A model generated the notes under the pieces. The model was given only the letters and a program-made list of their open reading frames with translations, had not been told where the DNA came from and ran no database searches. Made by a program: the position numbers and the translations under genes. From Thelocarpon superellum (taxonomy: Eukaryota): a stretch of 64,000 bases of DNA. How positions within the stretch are numbered: the stretch's first letter is position 1; the number at the start of each line of letters is the position of its first letter. Location of the stretch: NCBI GenBank assembly GCA_026025795.1, contig JAPEUG010000028.1, forward strand, positions 1 through 64,000, written 5' to 3'. Shown in pieces: positions 12,706 to 25,502 of the stretch.

Positions 12706-15396
12706 TCACAGGAGAGCGACGAGACCGGCAATAACGGCCAAAGGAGCCGAGATGACCAGTTTCGAGGACGAGCCCTGGAATGGCGAGGCGCCGGCAGCTG
12801 GTGCGGCACCAGCTGGAGCTGGAGCGGCCGGAGCGGCCGGAGGCGGAGCAGCCCCCGCAACAGGCGCGGCGCCCGCAGGGCCAGCACCAGCGGGCGTGGT
12901 ACCGGCAACGGCAGCGGCGCTAGCACCGGCCTGGACGACTTCGGTGACGATGGAAGGAGCGGCGGCCTGGGCGGCGGCAATAGCGACGGACGAAGCGGAC
13001 GCCACGGCGGCAGGGCCAGTGGCGACAGCAGCAGCGGCAGCGACAGCAGCAGCGGAAGCCTCCGCAGCGGCAGAGACCTCAGCAGGGGCAGGAGCAGCGC
13101 CGGGAATGGAAGCGGCCACTGGAGTAGGCACGGCAGCGGCGACGGCAGCTTGCGCAACGGCGGAAGCGGAAGCAGAGGCGACTGCGACTGCGACAACGGA
13201 CGCCGCACACGAGGCAGAGGCGGCAACGGAAGCGGACGAAGAGCACGATGATTGCACAGCTGGCGCGGCGCCCGTGACGGACGCAGCCTGAACGGCGATG
13301 ATGGCCGCGGAAGCGCCGGCGCTGGCGCCAGCTGAGGCGGCCGCCGACGCCGCAGCGGAAGCGGCAGCGTTCAGGATCTGGGTCGGACATAACGAGACTT
13401 GCACAGGAGCGGGAACGTTGACCGTGACGTTGGTGATGGGAAAGGGGGCGTTGTTGTAGACCACAGCCTTCGCGGTGGCGCCGGCGGCGGCGTTGGCCAC
13501 CGCTCCAGCCACGGCAAGGTTGGCGCCGGCTGGCGAGCCGGTGGCGTAAGGAATGACGGCCAAGGTCGAAGATGGGCAGGGCACTGTGATGGGGATAGTG
13601 GTCGTCCGCACGGCTGTGGTGCTCACCGGCACAGTGGTCGTCGACACAGGAACTGAAGTGTTGTATTTGGAGGTCAGCGAGCCGACAATGCTGGTGAGGC
13701 ACGTGTTGCTGTAGACGGTCAGAGTCTTGACTGACACCGTGGTGACATTCAACTTGGTCGTTAAGATCGAGATGGACATCTTGATGCTGGTCGTCTTGCT
13801 CGACGTAGAAGGCTTCGAGGAGATGGTCGACTTGGAAGTGGTGGAAGCCTTGGACGTAGTGGAAGCCTTGGACGTAGTGGAGGCCTTGGACGAGGAGGAT
13901 ACCTTGGACGAGGAGGATATCTTGGACGAGGAGCTTGAATTCTTAGCGGTCGTCGATGCCTTGGACGACGTTGAAGCCTTGGAGGTGGTCGAGGCCTTGG
14001 ACGATGAGGAGACCTTGGACGACGAGGAAGCCTTGGACGACGAAGAAGGTTTGGAGGTGATCGAGGCCTTGGAGGTGGGAGGCTCCGAGCTCGTAGAGGC
14101 CTTTGAGGTCGTCGCAGCCTTGGAAGTCGTCGAAGCCTTCGACGAGGTGGAGATCTTGGTCGTCGACGCATTCGACGTGGTCGAAGCTTTCGAAGACGTC
14201 TTCGATGTGGTTGACGCCTTCGAAGACGTGGAAGCCTTGGTGGTCGCGGAAGTCGTAACCACTGTTGAGGCCTTGCCGGTAGTTGATGCCTTGGACGTGG
14301 TTGACGCCTTGGATGTGGTAGAAGCCTTGCTGGTGGTGGAGACCTTGGAAGTGGTAGAAGCCTTGCTGGTGGTGGAGACCTTGGAAGTGGTAGAAGCCTT
14401 GCTGGTGGTGGAGGCCTTGGAAGTGGTAGAAGCCTTGCTGGTGGTGGAGGCCTTAGAGCTTGTAGAGGCTTTCGACGAGGTAGAACTCTTCGAGGTAGTA
14501 GAGACCTTAGTTGTCGTAGTAGTCGTGGCTTTGGTGGAGGTCGTCGCTTTAGAGGTAGTAGAGACATTGGTAGTGGTGGAAGCCTTTGAGGTCGTCGACG
14601 CTTTGGACGTGGTCGAAGCCTTCGTAGAGGTGGAGGTCTCGCTGGTTGTGGAAGCCTTGCTCGTGGTGGAGGTTTTAGTAGTAGTTGAAGTCTTGCTACT
14701 AGTGGAGGCTTTGCTGGTGGTGGAGGACTTGCCGGTAGTGGTCGTGGCAGAGGTCTTGGTCGACGTGGGCTTCGAAGTCGTGCTAGTCTTGGTGGTGCTT
14801 GAAGGCTTTGACGTAGTGGTCGCTTTCGAAGTGGTGGTAGTCTCTGTAATGGTAGGCTTCGATGACGTCGACGTTGTCTTGGTGCTTGTGGGCTTCGAAG
14901 TGGTCGTGGTCGTCTTTGCGGTTGTTGACTTGGACGTTGTGGTTGTTTCTGTCGTCGTTGTGGGCTTAGAGGTGGTCGTTGTCTTGGTCGTGGTTGGCTT
15001 GGACGTCGTCTCCGTCGTCGTCGTCTTTGTAGTTGTAGGCTTGGAAGTCGTGGTCGTCGTCTTGGTGGTGGTTGGCTTGGACGTGGTGGTTGTCTTCGTT
15101 GACGTTGGCTTCGAAGTAGTGGTCGTCTCCGTCGTCGTCGTGGGCTTAGACGTGGTGGTAGTCTTAGTGGTGGTGGTCGGCTTGGATGTGGTGCTGGTCT
15201 TGGTCGTCGTTGGCTTCGATGTCGTGGTGAGGATGTTGACAAGATTTTCTTGACGGGCCAGTATGGGAGCCGGATAGTCCATCGCTCTGTTCTCCACCAC
15301 GATGGCTAGATTATCATCGCGATCCACCATATTATGAGGTGCAGCGACGACTGCCACGGCAAAGGCCGCGACGGTAACGAAGGTGGGGAGCAACAT
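12706..15396 (-). CDS. Secreted, probably GPI-anchored Ser/Thr/Lys-repeat mucin-like cell wall protein (896 aa)
   Basis: Signal peptide MLLPTFVTVAAFAVAVVA, TTSKP and TTSKAS repeats, Ala/Pro-rich region, hydrophobic C-terminus after FQGSSS typical of a GPI signal. Confidence 0.85.
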   Translation of the reverse strand: MLLPTFVTVAAFAVAVVAAPHNMVDRDDNLAIVVENRAMDYPAPILARQENLVNILTTTSKPTTTKTSTTSKPTTTTKTTTTSKPTTTTETTTTSKPTSTKTTTTSKPTTTKTTTTTSKPTTTKTTTTETTSKPTTTKTTTTSKPTTTTETTTTSKSTTAKTTTTTSKPTSTKTTSTSSKPTITETTTTSKATTTSKPSSTTKTSTTSKPTSTKTSATTTTGKSSTTSKASTSSKTSTTTKTSTTSKASTTSETSTSTKASTTSKASTTSKASTTTNVSTTSKATTSTKATTTTTTKVSTTSKSSTSSKASTSSKASTTSKASTTSKASTTSKASTTSKVSTTSKASTTSKVSTTSKASTTSKASTTSKASTTGKASTVVTTSATTKASTSSKASTTSKTSSKASTTSNASTTKISTSSKASTTSKAATTSKASTSSEPPTSKASITSKPSSSSKASSSSKVSSSSKASTTSKASTSSKASTTAKNSSSSSKISSSSKVSSSSKASTTSKASTTSKASTTSKSTISSKPSTSSKTTSIKMSISILTTKLNVTTVSVKTLTVYSNTCLTSIVGSLTSKYNTSVPVSTTTVPVSTTAVRTTTIPITVPCPSSTLAVIPYATGSPAGANLAVAGAVANAAAGATAKAVVYNNAPFPITNVTVNVPAPVQVSLCPTQILNAAASAAASAAASAGASAGASAAIIAVQAASVTGAAPAVQSSCSSSASVAASASCAASVVAVAVASASASAVAQAAVAAAVPTPVAASIPGAAPAPAEVSAAAEASAAAVAAAAAVATGPAAVASASSVAIAAAQAAAPSIVTEVVQAGASAAAVAGTTPAGAGPAGAAPVAGAAPPPAAPAAPAPAGAAPAAGASPFQGSSSKLVISAPLAVIAGLVALL
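14315..14454. repeat. Near-perfect 36-bp tandem repeat, about 4 copies, inside the mucin gene
   Basis: Unit GTGGTAGAAGCCTTGCTGGTGGTGGAG(A/G)CCTTGGAA starts at 14315, 14351, 14387 and 14423. Confidence 0.9.
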
Positions 15397-15511
15397 CTCG
15401 AGCAGTTATCGTAGTCGTAGTCGATCAGATGGTCCAAGTAAACGACGGCAAAAGAGCAAAGCGGGACGAGCGAGCGAAGGCACGGATAGAACCTCGTCGT
15501 GCCGACGGAGG

Positions 15512-15521
15512 CTATATATAA
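15512..15521 (-). promoter_or_regulatory. Putative TATA box of the mucin-like gene
   Basis: TTATATATAG on the minus strand about 120 bp upstream of the ATG at 15396. Confidence 0.5.
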
Positions 15522-16576
15522 TGATAGAACATCGTATGAAGAGCCGTTGAATCGCATGCGGCACGTCCATCTTGAACGAGTCTGCCCCACTGTCATCACT
15601 GTGACCAAAATGGCGTCTGACTGCAATCAGCAATACGACTACCTCAGGGGGATCATCGTGGCACCCTGGCACCCTGTGAGGTAGGGCTACCAGCGAATGC
15701 ATCGGCGCCGGCTCAGCAATAGCTAGCTGCAGATGAAGAAAATTGAAGGATCCTTCGCGAGAGCAGAGACAGTCCCAGCTCCTGAACCATCACATCCGGT
15801 AGGTCTTGTCGCTCTTTGCTTGAGAGACTGCCCGCAACCGTTACCCGGCTAGTGGGGAGACACAGATCACCAAAGTAGCGTATATCATGGCGTTGTGCAC
15901 CACTGCCTGTCGCGGGCCGCTCTACCTGGACATGTCCTCTGGACGCGGAGCGTGCGGCACGAACCGTTCCAGAGGAGATAGTTGGCTCCTATAGTCCATC
16001 GGTCAGAGCGGTTGGAGACTGCAGCTGCAACTCGATCTGCCCCATGGAAACAATCACATGTGTTCAGCGTCTTGATGGAAGTTGAATCTGGTGCCTGCGT
16101 GTGGCTAGCACGGTCGGAGACTAACATGATATCCGAGAGCTCCACGAGGGGATTGAGGTCACGGCCGAATCGTACGGACGGAAGCAGACGGTGAGAAGGG
16201 AAGAGCCAGTCGACACGAGGATTCGACTGCAATGAGAGAGTTAAATGAATGATGCGATGTGGGGAATGGCCTCAGGCAGAGAACGGAAGAGGATCAAAGT
16301 CCCGGAGAGGTCAATGAAAACTACCGCGGTCGACGGGTATCATTCTCGCCTCTAGGGCGAATCCGTCTGCAGGACGTTGACTTGGAGACCAGGTGACATA
16401 GATGACGTGGACCCTAGAGGAAGACGGCCGTTTCTCGTCAGCCCGCAGACGCGAAACCCCCGTATTCGGACCGGCATGCCCCTATCGCCCAAGATGCTCC
16501 TGGATGTTTGGCGCCCAAAGGTGTTGGAGGCCCCCGCGAGATAATTCATTCTTCTACGAGGTCTTCTGTGTGCACC

Positions 16577-16870
16577 CACGTGACTAAAGCCAAGGGCAGC
16601 AGTGGACGGAGTGCTCGCGATTGGCTGGACCTTACATAACGCATTGTCCTCGCCCAGCACACTATTCACTGCCGGAAGACGAGCCGAAGCACGCAATCCA
16701 CTAAGCTGCAAGACCAACGCCAATAAGTCCCGACTCAGCCGGAAACTCCAAATGGTGATGTAGACGGCCAGACAGTGCAATATTCCTCTGGTTCAGGGTT
16801 TTCGTGGCAATCAGTATTCCGTAGGAAGGTTCATTGCCCTACTTCCTTCACCCTGACGCCACCACACGTG
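16577..16870. promoter_or_regulatory. Two CACGTG E-boxes (Cbf1-type) upstream of MET5
   Basis: CACGTGAC at 16577-16584 and CACGTG at 16865-16870. RTCACGTG is the Cbf1 site of yeast sulfur-assimilation genes. Confidence 0.45.
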
Positions 16871-16952
16871 GTGATCGTCGCCGCCAGACACCTGAGCCAA
16901 TCTGTCAGGCGTGAGGCGTGAGCGTCGTGCAAGGTGGGGCAAACGAGGGGCC

Positions 16953-19900
16953 ATGTCAACGGCACAGCCAGAGCTGTCCACGGCCGCACAGGCGGGTATG
17001 GTGCCATCCGCACGCCCGCATGGAGCCCAAGGAACTGATAAACGGTGATCGGTAGCCTCGAGAATCGCATGCCTGTGCAGCGATGTCATCGTCTCTGTTC
17101 AGCCGGCGTTGACCATAGACTCGGAATTCTCACCACATCTTCGCCGCTACGCCCAACAGCGACTTCCTGCAGTTGTCGCCCGAGGACATGGTACCTTCGC
17201 AGAAGTGATTTGTGCCAACTGAGATACAGGGCGAGTCGTGACTGACCCACGACAGATTCAATCGGTCAGGCATAATGCCGACCCTTTCCTGTCTGTGGTT
17301 GGTCCTGCGCAGACGGGCAAGCTTGTGACCGTCACAGCTTCCTCCTCCATCCTCCTGGCCGCCGTCCCACATCTGTACGGTCTGGCCCAGTACCCCGTGG
17401 TGGTACACGTCTGTCTCCATCCGGAAGCCTATCCCAATTACGCCGACATCACGTCCATTCGTCAATGTGGCTTCATCTTTCTTCACTCGGAAAGTCTGGT
17501 TGAAGCGCAGGACCTTGCCTTGACCGCGCACGCTCTGGCCATAAGATCCGGGAAAGGGGTGATCCACTTCTTCAATGCCGAAACTTCGGTCGATGATGCG
17601 CCTGTGTTCCCGCTGCAACCCAACGACGTGGAGCAGCTCCTCCAGCATGGTGCTGTACGCACCACCCAGACCACGAGGACGGGTGATGCGACGCTCTATG
17701 CCGACGACGGACATCGACCTACTGTCGTCGCAGAGGACCTTGCACTGCTCGCCGGCAATCAAGAGGCACTAGAGACGACTCGATCGTCAGCTACCGCGTC
17801 CAAGGGCGCCTCCCATGTCAATCACAGTGAAACAGCATCAGCGATGTCGTCTCAGCGAGAGAGTAGTGTCGATAGTCGACCGACCGTGTCCTCCAAAACT
17901 TCCATCGAATCAATCACGAGTCGACCCGTCACCTCTCAGGATATAGAGAACATCGTCTCGGACATCTGGACGAAGCTGCGGTCTATCACCGGCCACGAGT
18001 ACTCTGCCTTCCACTATTCGGGACCCTCCGATGCTACCGCTGCCGTCTTCATCTTTGGGACTGATGCGGCACTCTTCGCACGGACAATCGACCAAGCCAA
18101 GTCCGAAGTCTTTGTGCGGACGGGAATTGTCACGGCTCGCTTGTATCGGCCCTGGCTTGGAGCAAAGCTTGTGGAAGTACTTCCCCCGTCAGTTCGACGC
18201 ATCGCCGTTTTAGAACAGATTACCAGAGCGACGACCAAATGGGGTCCGATTCTGCTCGACCTCTTGACGACGCTGGCGAGCCCCGGCCCTGGGATCACTC
18301 CGCTCATCGTCGGATATCGGTTGGGCTATATCTCGCCGCCCACAGTGACCCAAGCGTTGAGAGGGATCTTCCAGAATCTGAGCGCCGACTCGCCCGTGCA
18401 GAATCTCGAAGTGGGAAACGCGGACGGCCCTTTGGAAGCCATGTCCGACTACAGCCTGGTACAGCCCAAGTTGGAATCGGCCTACATGAAGATCTTGGAC
18501 CAAGTGTTTGGCGAGCGACTGTATCTTGCGAACGCCTTGGATAATGATCGCGTTGGTCTCCCCTCGAGCGTCTCCTCTAACCCAGAGTTTGGGTTCGGTT
18601 CGCTCCTGGCCCGTCGAGAACGGCGCAACAGGTTTATTGCCGATGTGCAGGATGCGGCCAAGTCCAACGGATTTGCCACCGAAGTGCCCCGAAAATGGCT
18701 GTCAGATTGGGTCCTGCACGCCGATGACCCGACGCATGCGAATCGTCTCGCGCCGGAGGTGATCAAGCGGCTCAGTGTCGATGGCTCCTCACTGGCATCT
18801 CGCCTCCTCGGAGCACAGTCGTTCTTCTGGAAGGAATCGCCATGGCTCGTTGGCTCTGATGCGTGGGCGTACGACCTTGGAAACTCCGGCGTTCACCACG
18901 TCATCGCGTCCGGCGCCAACGTGAACATGTTGATCATCGACTCCCAGCCTTATTCCCAACGCGCAGCGGCTGATGCCACGCGCCGCAAGAAGGACATCGG
19001 CCTCTACGCCATGAACTTTGGGAATGCGTACGTCGCGTCGGTGGCCGTGTACAGCTCGTACACCCAGGTTCTGCAGGCGTTACTCGAGGCCGATCAGTTT
19101 GCGGGCCCATCGATTGTCTTGGCCTATCTCCCCTACCATCTCGAGGATGACTCGCCGCTGACAGTCTTGCAAGAGACTAAGAACGCGGTGGATCTGGGGT
19201 ATTGGCCTCTTTACCGATGGAATCCCCGCAACGATGAGCGAGGTGAGCCCAACTTCACCCTAGACTCAGAGCGCGTGAAGCAAGAGCTGGAAGAGTTTCT
19301 TCGGCGCGAGAACCACTTGACCCAGCTCGCCAGGCGACACCCGCAGTTTGCCGCCAATCTGGACCAGTCGTATGGTTCCGAAGTCCGTACGTTGCAGAAG
19401 CGGAGTGCCAAAGATGCCTACGCCCAGTTGCTTGAAGGGCTCTACGGGGCGCCGCTGACGGTGCTCTTCGCCTCGGACAACGGCAATGCGGAGAGCTTGG
19501 CCCGCCGCCTGGCCAACCGAGGTAAGGCGCGCGGGCTGAAGAGCATGGTCATGGCCATGGATGACTACCCGCTGGAAGACCTTCCCTCGGAAGAGAATGT
19601 GGTCATGATCACCGCCACAGCAGGCCAAGGCGAATTTCCCCAGAACGGACGAGGCTTCTGGGAGAGCATCAAGACATCCGCCGATCTCGACCTCTCCGCC
19701 GTGCACTATGCCGTTTTTGCCCTCGGGGATAGTCACTACTGGCCTCGGAAAGAGGATCGAATCTATTACAACAAGCCGGGGAAAGATCTGGACGCCCGTG
19801 TGGCGCTCCTCAACGGCAACGCGCTGGTAGATATTGGACTGGGCGACGACCAAGACCCCGATGGCTATCAGACAGGCTATGCGGCGTGGGAGCCCCAGCT

Positions 19901-21727
19901 GTGGCGGGCGCTGGGTGTGGACGATGTCCAGGGACTGCCCGAGGAGCCTCCACCCATCACCAACGAAGACATCAAGTTCGGCTCGAACTACCTTCGCGGC
20001 ACCATCGTGGAAGGGTTGAATGATCCAACGACGGGCGCCATCTCCGCCGCCGACCAACAGCTGACCAAATTCCATGGGACGTACATGCAAGACGACCGCG
20101 ATCTACGCGATGAGCGTAAAGCGCAGGGCCTCGAACCGGCCTATTCCTTCATGATTCGGTGTCGGCTGCCGGGTGGAGTGGCCACGCCAGCACAGTGGCT
20201 CCAGATGGATGATATCAGCTCGGCCTACGGAAATGAGACGATGAAGTTGACGACCCGACAGACGTTTCAGTTTCACGGGGTCATCAAAGGGAAGCTCCGG
20301 CCCGCGATGCGTGCGATCAACCACTCGCTCATGACCACCATCGCTGCCTGTGGCGATGTCAATCGCAACGTCATGTGCAGCAGCTTGCCGACTCAATCAC
20401 AACTCCACCAGGAGGTGTATGAGGTGTCGAAGCGCATCAGCGATCACCTCCTGCCGTCGACCACGGCCTATCATGAGATCTGGCTCAAAGGGGATGATGA
20501 CAAGAAGACTCAGGTGGCGGGTGATGCGATGGTGGATCATGAGCCCATGTATGGACCCACCTATCTACCCCGGAAATTCAAGATTACCATTGCTATTCCC
20601 CCGCACAACGACACAGACGTGTTCGCGCACGACGTCGGCCTGATCGCGATCGCCGGTGCGGATGGCCACCTCGAGGGATTCAACGTCTTGGCTGGCGGGG
20701 GGATGGGGGTCACGCACAACAACAAGAAGACCTACCCACGAACCGGTAGCCCGTTGGGATATGTGGCGGCAGACCAGGTCCATCTAGCATGCGAGAAGAT
20801 CATGCTCGTGCAGCGCGACCATGGTGATCGGAAGAATCGCAAGCACGCCCGGCTCAAGTACACAATGGATGACATGGGTGTGGATGTGTTCAAGGAGAAG
20901 GTTGAAGACCTTCTCCAAGCGCGCTTTTTTGCCCCGCGGCCCTTCCATTTCGACAGCAACATCGACTTGTTTGGTTGGCAGCAGGACGAGCAAGGCCTTC
21001 ACCACTTCACCTTCTTCATCGAGAACGGTCGGGTGGAGGATACGGCAGACTTTCCGATGAGAACAGGCCTTCGTGAGCTTGCGAAAGTGCACGAGGGCGA
21101 GTTCCGTCTCACGGGAAACCAACATCTGATCCTCAGCGGCGTGACCGACGCGGCGCTTCCAAGCATGAAAGCCTTGTTGCACAAGTTCAAGTTGGACAAC
21201 GTGCAATTCTCGGGCTTGCGGTTGTCGTCATCGGCCTGCGTCGCGTTTCCCACCTGTGGTCTGGCCATGGCTGAGAGCGAGCGCTACCTTCCCGAGCTCA
21301 TTACCAAGGTGGAGGCGACGCTGGAGGAAAATGGCCTGGGTCGTGAGAGCATCGTGATGCGGATGACGGGCTGCCCCAATGGCTGCGCTCGTCCCTGGCT
21401 CGCGGAGGTGGCATTTGTGGGAAAAGCATATGGTGCCTACAACATGTACCTGGGTGGAGGCTATCACGGCCAGCGTCTGAACAAACTCTATCGGAGCAGC
21501 ATCCAGGAGGATGAGATCCTGGCCATTCTGAAACCGATGTTCAAGCGATACGCGCTTGAGCGGGAGTTCGGCGAGCACTTTGGCGATTTTGTCATCCGAG
21601 TCGGGATCATCAAACCGACGACTGAAGGCAAAACCTTTCACGATGATGTACGTGGATATCTCACCCATGGGGGGGCCATTGACTGATGGTTCACTAGGTT
21701 GCGGACGAGGGCGCAGACGAGGCATGA
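16953..21727 (+). CDS. MET5: Sulfite reductase (NADPH) beta subunit, hemoprotein
   Basis: Flavodoxin domain (LFASDNGNAE), LTKFHGTYMQDDRD, siroheme/4Fe-4S motifs CVAFPTC and GCPNGC. Introns 16996-17055, 17205-17255, 21648-21697. Confidence 0.96.
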
Positions 21728-22064
21728 GACTGATAGAGTGGGCTCTCGAGGATGCATCTGGATCGAGGGGTCTAACAGCGTTGCATTTGCTGGTCGGAGT
21801 GGCTTAGAAAACGGGTGCAAGGATGAAAGAGGTCGAGAAGATAGATCAAGAGCCTCTTGAGCTCAGATTGGTGCAGGCGTTCGGGAAGTCGACGGGATCA
21901 CGTGCACAGGTTGCATCTACGTCACCGAGGGGACGGTCGCGATTAGTCATCTCGGCTGTGCCGGAGACAGTGATGCGTCGTCACCCTCGCTCCACTTGCC
22001 TCTTGCTCCTCCTTCCTACACCCACTCTACCCATGAAGAGATCCTCTACGTCGAGTGCATCGTA

Positions 22065-23234
22065 ATGGCATTATCGGTGAGCATGCCGCGGCCACCGTGC
22101 CCCAGGGTATGCAACCACCCATTCGCAGGCAGCAATGCGCCCGGCTAACCGCTCATTGGACAGTCCTTCCTCTACCTCATGTCGCTCCGGACCGGCACCG
22201 AGCTCATCACCCTCCTCTTTCTTCTGAATAAAGTCTCCGGCTTTTTCGGACTGCTCGCCCTCTTCACGGGGCTCCATCTTTCGCCTCTCCAGTTGTCCAT
22301 GTATCTCTACTCACTGGTGGCCCTCGTCGTCGCGCTCTTCCTTGCCCCGCACATCCGGCGCCAGGCGCCCCTCCAATGCCTTGCGCTCGCCTGGCTGTAC
22401 ATTGTCGACTCCGTGATCAACGCAGCTTACACTCTGGTCTTTGGCCTCACTTGGTTCCTCGTTCTCTCACAAGCCCATTCTGATGCTCACGGCGACGGCG
22501 TCCCGGCAAGCGGCGGCGGACGAACGATGGACGAGGCGGCCGGGTTCACCAGCCCAGAGCACAACGTCAGCCGGGTGGAGGTGATTGCAACGCCCGGGTC
22601 TGGCTTGGTAGGCGGTCAGGATGCTGTGGCCGTAGGCAAGCCTGCAGACGGCGTGGCAGCATCGGCGTCCACGCCCAGCCTCTCTCACGGGGTGCTGATG
22701 CCCGAAAGCGCCACGAGCATCAGCATCATCGTGATGCTATGGCTCGTCCGTGTGTACTTTGTCCTGGTGGTCATGGCGCACGCACGCGCCGTTCTCCGCA
22801 CGTTCACGATGCATCAGCCCCTCTCGAGCGGGACACACAAGGCCAGCGAGCCATCGAGCCCCTTCTCACCGCACCAGCCGGAAGGCCAAGGGTGGCGAGG
22901 ACGTCTCGGACGCATCCTCGTCTCCGTTGGCCGGAGCTACTGGCTCGGCCACGTCGACGACGCAGACTACAACCTCAGCGACGACTGGACGATACGCGCG
23001 GGGGGAAGATTCGACAAACTCCGTGGCCGATCGGCAGCGACGGGACTCCTGTCTGGATCGGGACCGAACGAGAGGGAACGCAGGAGGAGAAGTGGCACTG
23101 GGCCTCCACCGCCTCATGCCGCTGCTTCTCCCCATTCTACCATCCACCCATTGAGTCAACAACTGTCCTCGCCATCACTCAGCAGCAACGTGGGAGACAG
23201 TCCGAAATACCAGGAAGCAAAGGACGAGAAATGA
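22065..23234 (+). CDS. KEI1: IPC synthase regulatory subunit Kei1 (DUF1753)
   Basis: SFLYLMSLRTGTELI..LLNKVSGFFGLLA motif and several TM helices. Intron 22107-22163. Confidence 0.85.
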
Positions 23235-23818
23235 GTGTCATCAATGGGGGGATGCATGAAACATGGGGTGCGGGAAACGGCTCCGGATAGGCATAGATGA
23301 GGTGGGCCAGGAAGGGTAAAGGGCGGAGAGCTGAGGAGGGACGGAAAGAGGGAAAGGGGAGGCAGGATGGGAGTGGCGTTCTCGGTGGCGTTAGCGTGGA
23401 CCTCTTTATTGATGTTGCCGGGCGTCTTGTACACGACAATGAGACGCATTGGCTTGGAGAATGAGCGGATGAAAATGCGTCCTCGTACGTGTATGTGTAT
23501 GCGACTAGAATCGGATAGGCCACTTGAAGTAAAATACACACTCATCACCTACTCTCCCTCCCTCACTCACTCCCAGTGACTCGAAGTCATTGCTCTTGTG
23601 CCTTGTATCTTATACTGCTTCAGCCCTCCCCCTCCCCCTCCCCCTCCCCCTTTCCCTTCCAGGCCTCGCCCTTACATCTCTTTACACGCTGCCTTCTCCC
23701 ATCTCCTGGTTTTCACCCAGCTCGGCAATCGCATGATCACCCCATACTGAGCTCAGCTGCCAACAACGACCAATGGCACTTCATCACATCCCCACCACCG
23801 CACGAACACCATTCTACA

Positions 23819-24774
<956 letters not shown>

Positions 24775-25502
24775 TGCAGAGGTGATGCGAGACTGCTCCA
24801 CGCCCGGGACGCGGGCTTTCGATGGAGCGGTGGATGGAAGAGGAAGAGGAAGAGGAAGAGGTAGAGAAGTATGCAGACGCCGTCGGGAAAGAGGTGGGAT
24901 CGCACAGCAAACAGGTGGATCGCTTGCTGACCGCGTCAGGAGATAGCTGACTTCATCATCCAGTCGGTATGGTGGACGTGCGTCTGGGGCTTTCCTCAGC
25001 TGCAGTGGTTACCTGGAGCTGCGGTCAAGCAGGTAGGTCCGTCGTCTCCTGCGCGCACGCAACACTCATCTAGGGTCCGGAAGGTGATGGATGGTGATCG
25101 GGGGGATACTGTTACAAGATCGTCTGGTGTATATGTCACGACGGAGCAACTACTGGCAAAATCCGGAGTACCAAGTACATGTGGACATCGGACACACGGT
25201 GCCAACGTTTCCGCAGGCGCTGCGGCAAGGCACAGCGGCGACTTATCAACGGGCAAAAGCGAACCCAATCAACGTGCTCCGGTAAGAGGTAGGCTGAGCC
25301 AATAACATCGTCGCACCAGGCAAGTGCACTCCTACTGTAGTACTCTACTGAGTCCAGACCGCCCGACCCAGCATAAGTCAGCACAAGCCACTGAATAACC
25401 GGCCGAGTTACGCGAGACCCGAAATCGTCCAAACTTTCTGGTCGATTCTCTTCAAATTCCCAGTCGCCGTGGAAGGGTTTCACTGCCCCACATCTCATCA
25501 CC

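Noticed and set aside
13727..15253. 508-aa Val/Glu/Asp-rich plus-strand ORF and 493-aa Arg/Pro-rich alternative-frame ORF
   Set aside because: Shadows of the repetitive mucin gene; its Thr/Ser/Lys codon repeats avoid stops in other frames.
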